Positions 1 through 7,954 of a stretch of 32,000 bases of DNA are shown here, piece by piece. Below the pieces are notes generated by a model that was not told the origin of the DNA, did no database searches, and saw only the letters and a program-made list of their open reading frames with translations. Source of the stretch: Prochlorococcus marinus subsp. pastoris str. CCMP1986 (GTDB lineage Bacteria; Cyanobacteriota; Cyanobacteriia; PCC-6307; Cyanobiaceae); assembly GCF_000011465.1 (NCBI RefSeq), contig NC_005072.1, forward strand, positions 1,080,001 to 1,112,000. Reading direction: 5' to 3'. Every line of letters begins with the position of its first letter. Position 1 is the stretch's first letter. A program made the position numbers and the translations under genes.

Positions 1-146
1 TTGATAACTACATTACTAATAGCTTCAAAATTACCTTTACCATTTTGTACCTGAGAATCAGAGGTAATAGTGTAATTCAGTTTCTCTTTTGCAAATGAAA
101 TTTCACTTAAAAGAAATAGAACTGCTGCAAGTAGTAAGCGTTTCAT
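1..146 (-). CDS. Partial small protein with N-terminal signal-peptide-like sequence (C-terminus beyond window edge)
   Basis: Hand translation from the CAT at 144-146: MKRLLLAAVLFLLSEISFAKEKLNYTITSDSQVQNGKGNFEAISNVV..., open to the window edge. Start overlaps the stop of the upstream ORF by 1 nt (TAATG). Confidence 0.6.
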   Translation of the reverse strand, partial: MKRLLLAAVLFLLSEISFAKEKLNYTITSDSQVQNGKGNFEAISNVVI

Positions 147-400
147 TAGAAGCAATTCCTATAGCCTTCTATTTTAGCTAATTCCTCAATACTTAACCCA
201 GTATCTTTTAAAAGTGTTTCGCCGATATTATCGCCATTTAATTTATTTAAAGCACCTTTTTCTGAGAGTTTTATACACATGTTTTTATATTTAGCTTCTT
301 TGATTACTGGTGATACATACAAACCTAATAAAATTAAAAAGCCTCCAAAAGTTACTACTCTTCTATGATTCTTCCACCATTGATAAAAATTATTAGCCAT
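146..400 (-). CDS. Small hypothetical protein, one N-terminal TM segment, Cys-containing C-terminal half
   Basis: ORF track; hydrophobic stretch VVTFGGFLILLGLYVSPVI; 1-nt overlap with the next same-strand ORF. Confidence 0.6.
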   Translation of the reverse strand: MANNFYQWWKNHRRVVTFGGFLILLGLYVSPVIKEAKYKNMCIKLSEKGALNKLNGDNIGETLLKDTGLSIEELAKIEGYRNCF

Positions 401-484
401 TTAAAAAAGAATTTTATTCCTTTAATATAGAGTATTTTTACAATCGTTTAATCAATATTTTTTAAATTCTATAAATTTCAATTT

Positions 485-760
485 TCAAAATTTCCGAAAA
501 CAAGCATCTCCAACTAACAATACTTTCCAATAATCGTTTTTAGCATTTTTAATCCTTAATAAATAATTTGGATTAACTAAGAGAATCGTTTTAATTTGGA
601 TATTACCGTCACTTCCATCTTTTATAATATTAAAAAAACATTTCCTACTATTTCTTGAAATAATTCCAGGCCAAATTGCAATAACACCTAGAGTAAAACC
701 TAAAACAAGAATAGATAATTTTTTTATATTAAAAACTTCAAAAAAAATTTTCCTTCTCAT
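485..760 (-). CDS. Small hypothetical membrane protein
   Basis: ORF track; hydrophobic LSILVLGFTLGVIAIWPGII; same strand and similar architecture to the neighbouring 146..400 ORF. Confidence 0.55.
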   Translation of the reverse strand: MRRKIFFEVFNIKKLSILVLGFTLGVIAIWPGIISRNSRKCFFNIIKDGSDGNIQIKTILLVNPNYLLRIKNAKNDYWKVLLVGDACFRKF

Positions 761-868
761 TTCAAAATGTATTTTGTTGAGTTAATTTTTACAATATTTA
801 CGAATAAATATAATTTCTACTCTTATAAATATATAGAATAATACAAATATTAAAATTATAATTAAAAA

Positions 869-1120
869 ATGCTTGACTCAAAAGAATCCGATTCAGCAAA
901 TCCAGAAGATAAAAAACTTCCTACACTAGACTTCGATGGTAAGAAATACGATATAAACTCACTGCCAGACGAAGTTAAAGATCTTCTCAAGGGTTTACAA
1001 ATTGCAGATACACAAATTCGAATGCATAAAGATACTTTAAGACTTTTAGATTTAGGAAAAAATTCACTTGGCGTTCAATTAAAACAAAAATTAAAAAATA
1101 TATCTCCAGTAAAAAACTAA
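869..1120 (+). CDS. Small conserved hypothetical protein (DUF6447-like from memory)
   Basis: ORF track; soluble, LPTLDFDGKKYDINSLPDEVKDLLKGLQIADTQIRMHKDTLRLLDLGKNSLG pattern. Confidence 0.75.
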   Translation: MLDSKESDSANPEDKKLPTLDFDGKKYDINSLPDEVKDLLKGLQIADTQIRMHKDTLRLLDLGKNSLGVQLKQKLKNISPVKN

Positions 1121-1206
1121 AAATTAATTAACTGAATCTAGTTAATTTGATAAAAATCCTTTTAAATTATCTTATATTTAAGATATTAAAATATCTTTAA
1201 AATTAA

Positions 1207-1401
1207 ATGATTAATTCTATTAATACTGAACATTTACCTGTTAAAGATTTAATTATTTCTGGTTTAATAATTTTCATAGTATCGACAATAATTGCCAATA
1301 TTTATAATCCATTGTGGGGCTTCACTTATGCTTTTTGTAATGTTTTAACTCTTGTATTCTTGAGTTGGCTTTATCAAGATACATGGAATGATAATCAGTA
1401 A
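1207..1401 (+). CDS. Small hypothetical membrane protein (two predicted TM segments)
   Basis: ORF track; two hydrophobic segments (LIISGLIIFIVSTIIANIY and FTYAFCNVLTLVFLSWLY). Confidence 0.55.
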   Translation: MINSINTEHLPVKDLIISGLIIFIVSTIIANIYNPLWGFTYAFCNVLTLVFLSWLYQDTWNDNQ

Positions 1402-1503
1402 TAATTATTAAATGATAAATTTAGCTTTTAAGAACTTTTTCAGTGATGTCCCAATTCAACATTAGTAAAAAAAACTTTTTAAGATTAAAGAAACTTTAGA
1501 AAA

Positions 1504-1701
1504 TTGAGTAATTCTGATTTTGATAAAAATGGAATAGATAGTACTGGAACACATTGGCTTCAATATGCTGCTTTTGCTTTTTCAGCTTTTGCTATCTTCA
1601 CTACTTGGGCCTTCTTTTTTGATTATAAATTTCATAATTTCATATTAAATATTCTCAGAGTTTTTAATTGCAGTGGCTTCAACTGTAATGGTGTTTACTA
1701 G
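1504..1701 (+). CDS. Small hypothetical protein, one TM segment, TTG start
   Basis: ORF track; first codon is TTG (1504-1506); hydrophobic WLQYAAFAFSAFAIFTTWAFFF. Confidence 0.45.
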   Translation: MSNSDFDKNGIDSTGTHWLQYAAFAFSAFAIFTTWAFFFDYKFHNFILNILRVFNCSGFNCNGVY

Positions 1702-1708
1702 AATTTAA

Positions 1709-1888
1709 ATGGCTAATCCAAACCAAAAAACGATATTAATTGAGGAAATATCAAAAGATATCATAAAAATTTGTAAAAAATTCCAAGCTGATTCAGGCTC
1801 ATCAGATTCTGAAGTTAAAACTCTCTTAAAAGAAATAGCTAGGTTATGGGAAATCGAAGAAAAAAATAAATTCGGGTTCAGATTATAA
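1709..1888 (+). CDS. Small hypothetical soluble protein (59 aa), missing from supplied ORF track
   Basis: Hand translation ATG 1709 to TAA 1888: MANPNQKTILIEEISKDIIKICKKFQADSGSSDSEVKTLLKEIARLWEIEEKNKFGFRL. Helical composition; starts 8 nt after the previous stop. Confidence 0.55.
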   Translation: MANPNQKTILIEEISKDIIKICKKFQADSGSSDSEVKTLLKEIARLWEIEEKNKFGFRL

Positions 1889-2268
1889 ACTTTTCATACC
1901 AATTTAATTCTCAAATAAATAATTCCATTATTTTTGAAATTTTATATTGGATGCATATTTAATTTTTACTAGATAAGAAGCTAATAAAGATAGCACTAAA
2001 AAAAATAACAAACTTTCCAAAGTAGATTGAGGCATAATCATAATTAAGTAAAGAAGATAGCTATATATCTATGAAAACGAAATTTTATAAAAAATCAAAC
2101 AGAAACAATTTTTTTGACTAAAATTTAACACTTAATTATCTTTTTATTTGAGTAATTTTTATTGACAGTAAATTACTTTAAAGGCATATAGATGAAATTC
2201 AATATAAAATATAGTTATTGTTCATTTCCAGTCAAATACAACCTAATCAAGAATAAAGTACAAAATTA

Positions 2269-3972
2269 ATGTCACGAAAATCTGAATTATTAAAAGGCGA
2301 AGAAACTAAAAACTTTTCTGAGTTTTCACAATTAGCAGATTTTTCTTTAATGAATTCTCTCAACGCTGATCCTCATTCGACAAAAGATGGGAATGATCAC
2401 AGGGCTAGGTCAGTTAATTCAGGTCATTATGTTCCCGTTACTCCAACACCAATTCCCGAACCAATATATGTTTCGCACAGCAAAACATTATTTAAAGAAT
2501 TGGGATTAAGTTCTGACCTTACAAAAGATAAAAATTTTTGTCGTTTTTTTTCAGGTGATATCGAAGTCGCAGAGTATCCAATGAGACCCTTTGGCTGGGC
2601 GACGGGATATGCATTGTCTATTTATGGAACTGAATATACACAACAATGTCCTTTTGGGACAGGTAACGGCTATGGAGATGGTCGAGCAATTTCTGTTTTT
2701 GAAGGTTTATTCAATGGGAAAAGAATGGAGATGCAACTTAAAGGTGGAGGCCCCACACCTTATTGTCGTGGAGCAGATGGCCGAGCGGTACTACGATCAA
2801 GTGTTCGTGAATTTCTTGCACAGGAGTTAATGCATGCATTAGGAATTCCTACTTCAAGATCTTTAACTCTTTATGTCTCAGGGACAGAAATAGTTAGAAG
2901 GCCTTGGTATACAGAAGGTTCTAGATATTTTGAACCTGATATTATGGTTGATAATCATGCCGCAATTACTACACGTGTCGCGCCTTCATTTTTGCGTGTA
3001 GGTCAGCTCGAACTCTTTGCTCGCAGAGTTCGAAGTAATTCACATGATGACGCTTTCAATGAGCTTAAAATTATTGTCCAACATCTTATAGATAGGAACT
3101 ATAGAGATGAAATTGATCCAAGTTATTCATTTAATGAGAAGGTGATTAGGTTGGCTAATTTATATCGAGGAAGGCTAATATCACTTGTAACTAACTGGAT
3201 GCGAGTCGGTTACTGCCAAGGTAATTTTAATAGCGATAATTGTGCTGCTGGAGGTTTTACCCTTGACTACGGTCCTTTTGGTTTTTGTGAATTATTTGAT
3301 CCAAGATTTCAGCCTTGGACTGGAGGTGGAGAGCATTTTTCATTTTTCAATCAGCCTTTTGCTGCCGAAATCAATTTTAAGATGTTTTGTTCATCTCTTC
3401 TACCATTACTCTTAGAAAATAAAGAAGACATAGAAAAATTAGAGAAAATTAAAAATGATTTTTCTAAATTTATGAGCAAAGAAATGCAATTAATGTGGGC
3501 AAAAAAGCTTGGTCTTGAAAAATACGACGAAACTCTTACCAACGAGCTTTTCAATCTTATGGTTAACTCTAAGGTTGATTTCAGTATTTTCTTTAGAAAG
3601 CTTTCTCATATTCCTGACAATATATCTTTTTTAAAAGATAGTTTTTATTTACCTTCTAGCGAAGAACTTGATAAGGAATGGTTTATTTGGTTAAAGAAAT
3701 GGCAAGATTGTATTAACAAACAAGGTGATTTAAAAGAAATCTCCAAATCAATGAAACAAGTAAATCCTAAGTTCACTTGGCGTGAATGGATGATAGTGCC
3801 TGCTTATCAAGAAGCTGAAGAGGGTAATTACAACAAAATAAAAGAATTACAAACTATCTTCAAAAATCCTTATGAAGAAGAGTCTTTGGAGATAGAACAA
3901 AAATATAATCGACTTAGGCCAAGAGAATTCTTTAATAAAGGAGGAGTTTCGCATTACAGTTGTTCCTCTTAA
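2269..3972 (+). CDS. Divergent SelO/YdiU (UPF0061) family protein, putative pseudokinase-fold protein adenylyltransferase
   Basis: Family motifs [54 protein letters not shown]...[17 protein letters not shown], and a C-terminus ending SCSS. The canonical GHQFG region is replaced by [23 protein letters not shown]. Confidence 0.85.
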   Translation: MSRKSELLKGEETKNFSEFSQLADFSLMNSLNADPHSTKDGNDHRARSVNSGHYVPVTPTPIPEPIYVSHSKTLFKELGLSSDLTKDKNFCRFFSGDIEVAEYPMRPFGWATGYALSIYGTEYTQQCPFGTGNGYGDGRAISVFEGLFNGKRMEMQLKGGGPTPYCRGADGRAVLRSSVREFLAQELMHALGIPTSRSLTLYVSGTEIVRRPWYTEGSRYFEPDIMVDNHAAITTRVAPSFLRVGQLELFARRVRSNSHDDAFNELKIIVQHLIDRNYRDEIDPSYSFNEKVIRLANLYRGRLISLVTNWMRVGYCQGNFNSDNCAAGGFTLDYGPFGFCELFDPRFQPWTGGGEHFSFFNQPFAAEINFKMFCSSLLPLLLENKEDIEKLEKIKNDFSKFMSKEMQLMWAKKLGLEKYDETLTNELFNLMVNSKVDFSIFFRKLSHIPDNISFLKDSFYLPSSEELDKEWFIWLKKWQDCINKQGDLKEISKSMKQVNPKFTWREWMIVPAYQEAEEGNYNKIKELQTIFKNPYEEESLEIEQKYNRLRPREFFNKGGVSHYSCSS

Positions 3973-4026
3973 GAAGAAATTAATTCAGTTATAAACAAAG
4001 TTGATAAATAATTTAATTGAAGACTT

Positions 4027-4449
4027 TTATTTGTTAATAGTTGTTGGCACTCCCACTACTGAAATAACATCGACATGAAGAATGGCAGGTTTTTTTCCAA
4101 TACTTTTTACATAATGTTCTCCTCCTTTATTACTCTCAACGAAAACATCTCCTGCTCTAAAAGTATTTATAACTCTACCTCTGACATGTTTTAACTTACC
4201 TCGCGTAACATGAATCAACATTGGGGAAGGATGCTTATGGATAGGAGTCTTTAAACCTACAGGTATTTTCACTCTCAACAGCCTTAATTCAGGTTCTCCT
4301 TCTAGATAATTAAAACTTTCTCCACTTAACCCTTTAGAAGTTTGAATTAATGGGACAACTTCAATTTTTTCTTCAGCTAAGGCATATTTTGGAGATATTA
4401 AAGCTATTAATAGCACCATAAAGGAGAAAAAATATTTTTTGATTTTCAT
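4027..4449 (-). CDS. Cupin-domain protein with N-terminal signal peptide
   Basis: ORF track; signal-like MKIKKYFFSFMVLLIALISPKYALA, then cupin-like VKIPVGLKTPIHKHPSPMLIHVTRGKLKHVRGRVINTFRAGDVFVESNKGGEHYVKSIGKKPAILHV. Confidence 0.8.
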   Translation of the reverse strand: MKIKKYFFSFMVLLIALISPKYALAEEKIEVVPLIQTSKGLSGESFNYLEGEPELRLLRVKIPVGLKTPIHKHPSPMLIHVTRGKLKHVRGRVINTFRAGDVFVESNKGGEHYVKSIGKKPAILHVDVISVVGVPTTINK

Positions 4450-4504
4450 ATGATTTAAATACTATTTTTATTATATAAATATTGATATTAACTACATCTA
4501 GCTT

Positions 4505-4666
4505 TTACTTTTTATATAGTTTTTCTAACTGCTTAATTTCTTCCCTTAATTCTCTTCCTCTATCATTTAATTTATTATTTTTTTTAATTATTGGAACTAT
4601 CCACCAAACTTGTAGACCAACAAAGACCAAAATTAAAAGAATTAAATCAGGAGTTCCAGGCGACAT
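4505..4666 (-). CDS. Small single-TM hypothetical protein (53 aa), missing from supplied ORF track
   Basis: Hand translation from CAT 4664-4666 to TTA 4505-4507: MSPGTPDLILLILVFVGLQVWWIVPIIKKNNKLNDRGRELREEIKQLEKLYKK. TM segment plus charged helix; more protein-like than the opposite-strand ORF 4482..4685. Confidence 0.65.
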   Translation of the reverse strand: MSPGTPDLILLILVFVGLQVWWIVPIIKKNNKLNDRGRELREEIKQLEKLYKK

Positions 4667-4748
4667 TAAGATCGATTTTGGTTAACTTTTTTAATTGATA
4701 ATAACAATACTTTATTAATTTTAACTATCAAGAATAAACTTGATAATT

Positions 4749-4931
4749 TTATGCCGCTTCTAAATCAATGCGAAGTTCCCTTCCCTTATAGATTATTGCC
4801 TCTTTGAAATTAAGTAGTTTTCTTATTCGTTCCTGCCTTACCTTATCTGTAATGTAAACATCCTCAAGAACCTCTTGTATTGCTAAAGTAACTTTCTGAA
4901 GTTGAAACTCTAAATCTTCTCTATAGTTCAT
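4749..4931 (-). CDS. Small conserved-looking soluble helical protein (60 aa)
   Basis: ORF track; MNYREDLEFQLQKVTLAIQEVLEDVYITDKVRQERIRKLLNFKEAIIYKGRELRIDLEAA. Confidence 0.6.
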   Translation of the reverse strand: MNYREDLEFQLQKVTLAIQEVLEDVYITDKVRQERIRKLLNFKEAIIYKGRELRIDLEAA

Positions 4932-5061
4932 TGATTAATGTAATTATTTACTAATTAAAGTTGAAATTTTTAATTAGTAAATGAGTACTTTAACCAATAA
5001 AACTCTTGACACCAAGCTAAACAAAACATAAAACTAATAGTATAAATGTACCATTAAATTA

Positions 5062-5352
5062 ATGACGCATAGAGAGGCTAATGTTTGGTCTAATTTTTCG
5101 TATGGCAGTCGTACTGATACCCCCAACGGTTGTCTTCTTAATCCCGAGGGGAGCAGATTAATTTTCTTTGAAAGATGCAAAAAATCACCGCAGAACAATA
5201 TCAAAATCTTTACGCATACATTTTATACCAATCATCTAGGAGAGCCGGCAGGGTTTAAATCTACTAGCAAAATCGTGGTAGAAGAGGCCTGGAAAGAATG
5301 GAATGATCTACAAAAACATGGTTGGACAGAAGTATCACACAATTTTGGTTAG
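5062..5352 (+). CDS. DUF1651-like cyanobacterial protein
   Basis: ORF track; pattern GCLLNPEGSRLIFFERC...GEPAGFKSTSKIVVEEAWKEWNDLQKHGWTEVSHNFG resembles the picocyanobacterial DUF1651 family from memory. Confidence 0.7.
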   Translation: MTHREANVWSNFSYGSRTDTPNGCLLNPEGSRLIFFERCKKSPQNNIKIFTHTFYTNHLGEPAGFKSTSKIVVEEAWKEWNDLQKHGWTEVSHNFG

Positions 5353-5655
5353 CAAGGATAAATCTAAAAAATAGACAACCTAATATTTTTAGAAGAAAAT
5401 TAATTACCTTAAACCGTCTGGATCACATCAAAACAAAAGCTTTAAAGAGAAAAATTAATGTATTAGCGCAAAAAGTATTCAAAACATATCTCAATAATTT
5501 AATTAGCATCAAACGAAAAGTCGCAATAAGACCTTACTTCATACCAATACTGTCTCATTTCTGACACAGTAATTGAGTAATTCACCCATCCCCTTCTTCG
5601 GACTTTACATTATTTAATACTTGTGTTACATTAATTAACAATTATAAAAACATTA

Positions 5656-5862
5656 ATGGCTAACTCTCAAGTAACAACAGAATCAGGCGGAAGACAGAAT
5701 ATGTTTCCATCAGAAACTCGTCCTTACATAGATGAGTCAGTTTCTTATGACAGTTACCCTAAAAATGCAGAAAAAGTCAACGGTCGTTGGGCGATGATTG
5801 GCTTCGTAGCATTATTAGGCGCATATGTAACAACAGGTCAAATTATTCCTGGAATTTTCTAA
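5656..5862 (+). CDS. hli: High-light-inducible protein (Hli, single-helix LHC-like)
   Basis: Chlorophyll-binding helix signature KVNGRWAMIGFVALLGAYVTTGQIIPGIF. Confidence 0.93.
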   Translation: MANSQVTTESGGRQNMFPSETRPYIDESVSYDSYPKNAEKVNGRWAMIGFVALLGAYVTTGQIIPGIF

Positions 5863-6021
5863 AATGGAACCAATTTCTCCTGAACTTTATAAAAAACTTC
5901 TTAAAGCATATAAGTACAGCAGGTGAAATAATTTTCTAGTAATCTCTATGGCGGTATCAATTACCTTTTATAGCAATACGCAATTACAAGACTTAAAATT
6001 TTAATTAAATTATCAATTATA

Positions 6022-6058
6022 AAATGCTAGTTTCTCTTCTAGAAGACAACTAGCATTT
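6022..6058 (+). terminator. Strong hairpin downstream of hli (possible terminator or sRNA 3' end)
   Basis: Perfect 11-bp arms AAATGCTAGTT (6022-6032) / AACTAGCATTT (6048-6058) with an inner TCTTCT/AGAAGA palindrome. Confidence 0.6.
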
Positions 6059-6219
6059 ACTTTATAATTTCATTGAAAACTTTTTAATAAAAAAAGAGTT
6101 CGATTTTTAGCTGAAAACGAACTCTCATTACCTAATTCTCACAAGAATAATTTCAAGTAAGCTTTTATAGCTTAATTTATTTTAATTAAGTGTAAATCCG
6201 TAGATATGCCGATTTAATT

Positions 6220-6435
6220 CTATCTTTTTAATCCACCTCTCTTAATCCAAAGAAACCAAGTTATCCAAATTGGAGGAAGAAACTTTATTAGAGAACCAAT
6301 CTTATAAATATAAAAAGGAACATTATCACCGATAAATAAATTTACGACTGCTGAAGATAATGATACCCAAATCACAATAATTAAAATATTTGCTCCCAAT
6401 AAAGCGAATTTGTTTTGCTTAAATATTTTTGGCAT
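6220..6435 (-). CDS. Small hypothetical membrane protein
   Basis: ORF track; two hydrophobic segments. Confidence 0.5.
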   Translation of the reverse strand: MPKIFKQNKFALLGANILIIVIWVSLSSAVVNLFIGDNVPFYIYKIGSLIKFLPPIWITWFLWIKRGGLKR

Positions 6436-6492
6436 ACAAAAAAAGATATGATTCTAATTTTAAATCAACTAAGAATATAAATGAATTATTTT

Positions 6493-6744
6493 TCAAAAAA
6501 ACTTCAAATTTAAAATCCATAACCAAATAAACAAAATACTAAATTTTATCCCACCTCCTAATAGAATTCCAAAAATATAAGGTGGTAAAAATAATATTAT
6601 TAAAATCGAAAGTAAACTAAAAAGAGCAAAAGAGCATCTAAGAATAATATTCTTTCTTCTTTTTCTTCTTAATTGTTTTATGAAATTCCACTCCCATTCC
6701 ATTAACCTGTAAAATTTTTCAGATAATAAAAATAAATATTTCAT
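6493..6744 (-). CDS. Small hypothetical membrane protein
   Basis: ORF track; basic N-terminal half followed by two hydrophobic segments. Confidence 0.5.
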   Translation of the reverse strand: MKYLFLLSEKFYRLMEWEWNFIKQLRRKRRKNIILRCSFALFSLLSILIILFLPPYIFGILLGGGIKFSILFIWLWILNLKFF

Positions 6745-6746
6745 AC

Positions 6747-6932
6747 CTACTTATTTTTAATAATATTAGACTCCTTAAATACAATTTTCCTAGCAAGTCT
6801 ATTCAAGCCAGACCATGTTGAATATTTTTTCTGAGCTGCTTTTATAATTCCCTGCTTCCCTTTTGATGTTAATTTATATCTTTTTAATAATTTACCTAGG
6901 GCTATTGAATTTATAGAAATACAAGTATTCAC
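6747..6932 (-). CDS. Small basic helical hypothetical protein
   Basis: ORF track; ends 2 nt before the start of the downstream same-strand ORF, suggesting cotranscription. Confidence 0.5.
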   Translation of the reverse strand: MNTCISINSIALGKLLKRYKLTSKGKQGIIKAAQKKYSTWSGLNRLARKIVFKESNIIKNK

Positions 6933-6977
6933 TAATTATTCCTCAGTTTAAAATGTATGTATATTTAATTTCTAATC

Positions 6978-7277
6978 TTAGCAATAAACTTTATTACCTT
7001 CTTTAGTAAGATAATAAATTTTTCCTTGCTCATTGATAAAAAAAGTTAGCCCTTTGTATTGAGATCTCCCAAATCTTTTGAGTCTATTTTTATGTAAATC
7101 CCAATTTATAGTATTAATATCTGGATTTAATTCCTCTTTTAGATTGTCTGGCTGATATAAAAAACTTTTGGATAACTTTTTCTTATAAGAACGATTTTTT
7201 TGATTAAAAATAAATGCAAAAACTAAAAGCAATAAAATCAAAAAAACTAAACTAGCAATAAATAATTTAAACACCAA
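6978..7277 (-). CDS. Hypothetical protein with N-terminal TM anchor
   Basis: ORF track; LFIASLVFLILLLLVFAFIFN followed by a soluble domain GLTFFINEQGKIYYLTKEGNKVYC. Confidence 0.6.
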   Translation of the reverse strand: MVFKLFIASLVFLILLLLVFAFIFNQKNRSYKKKLSKSFLYQPDNLKEELNPDINTINWDLHKNRLKRFGRSQYKGLTFFINEQGKIYYLTKEGNKVYC

Positions 7278-7628
7278 ATAAAAACCAAAAATCAGTTCAG
7301 GTATTAATCCAAACTATATCAATAGGACCCAAATGCATTTACATGCTATATGTAGCATTTGATCAACTAATAAATTAAACTTTCCAATACATTTTAAATA
7401 GTCAATATAAAAATGTAATAAAGCCTCCAAAAGAGCAATTAAAAAATGATGATGGAGTAAGAATGTTGCTGAGAGTTATATACGAATCAATTACCGATTA
7501 ATTTTCATAATTAAAATGTTTGCATATCTTTTTATTGAGTAAAAAATCCTATTTTTATATTCTTGTATTTTTGAATACTCTTAAAGGTCCCAACTAAATC
7601 AGATTATGAGATTAGTTGCATTTTTAAC

Positions 7629-7772
7629 ATGACTCAAAATTCCATGAATACTCCTTATGCAAAAAGAGTAGCTGAAAAATTTATAGAGGCTCAAAACTAC
7701 TTAAAAACCAACGGCTTTAGTAGGTCAACTAAACATTTACTAGAAGATATTGAAAATTCTGCTGAAAAATAA
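7629..7772 (+). CDS. Small hypothetical soluble protein (47 aa), missing from supplied ORF track
   Basis: Hand translation: MTQNSMNTPYAKRVAEKFIEAQNYLKTNGFSRSTKHLLEDIENSAEK. Confidence 0.55.
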   Translation: MTQNSMNTPYAKRVAEKFIEAQNYLKTNGFSRSTKHLLEDIENSAEK

Positions 7773-7774
7773 TA

Positions 7775-7933
7775 ATGCCAATACCTCCTCACTTACCACA
7801 ATTACAATACGGGTATGATGATGGTTTTACTACAATTGTTTTCGGATTAATAGGAAGTTGCTTGGGATGTATCTTAATTTTATTAATTTCATTTTTTGAA
7901 TTTAAATTTAAAAAGCAAAATAGTAAGTCTTAA
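7775..7933 (+). CDS. Small hypothetical membrane protein (52 aa), missing from supplied ORF track
   Basis: Hand translation: MPIPPHLPQLQYGYDDGFTTIVFGLIGSCLGCILILLISFFEFKFKKQNSKS; begins 2 nt after the previous stop. Confidence 0.55.
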   Translation: MPIPPHLPQLQYGYDDGFTTIVFGLIGSCLGCILILLISFFEFKFKKQNSKS

Positions 7934-7954
7934 CTTTCAGGAGATGACCTTTAT

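Noticed and set aside
2591-2830. ORF overlapping the SelO-like gene in another frame
   Set aside because: Shadow ORF inside a well supported long coding frame.
3351-3554. Minus-strand ORF opposite the SelO-like gene
   Set aside because: Antisense shadow of a supported CDS.
4482-4685. Plus-strand ORF of 67 aa
   Set aside because: Antisense to a more plausible 53-aa minus-strand protein; Ser/Leu-rich composition typical of a shadow ORF.
5322-5564. Plus-strand ORF of 80 aa overlapping the DUF1651-like gene
   Set aside because: Very basic, no recognisable family, starts inside the upstream gene; cannot be supported as coding, though it cannot be excluded.
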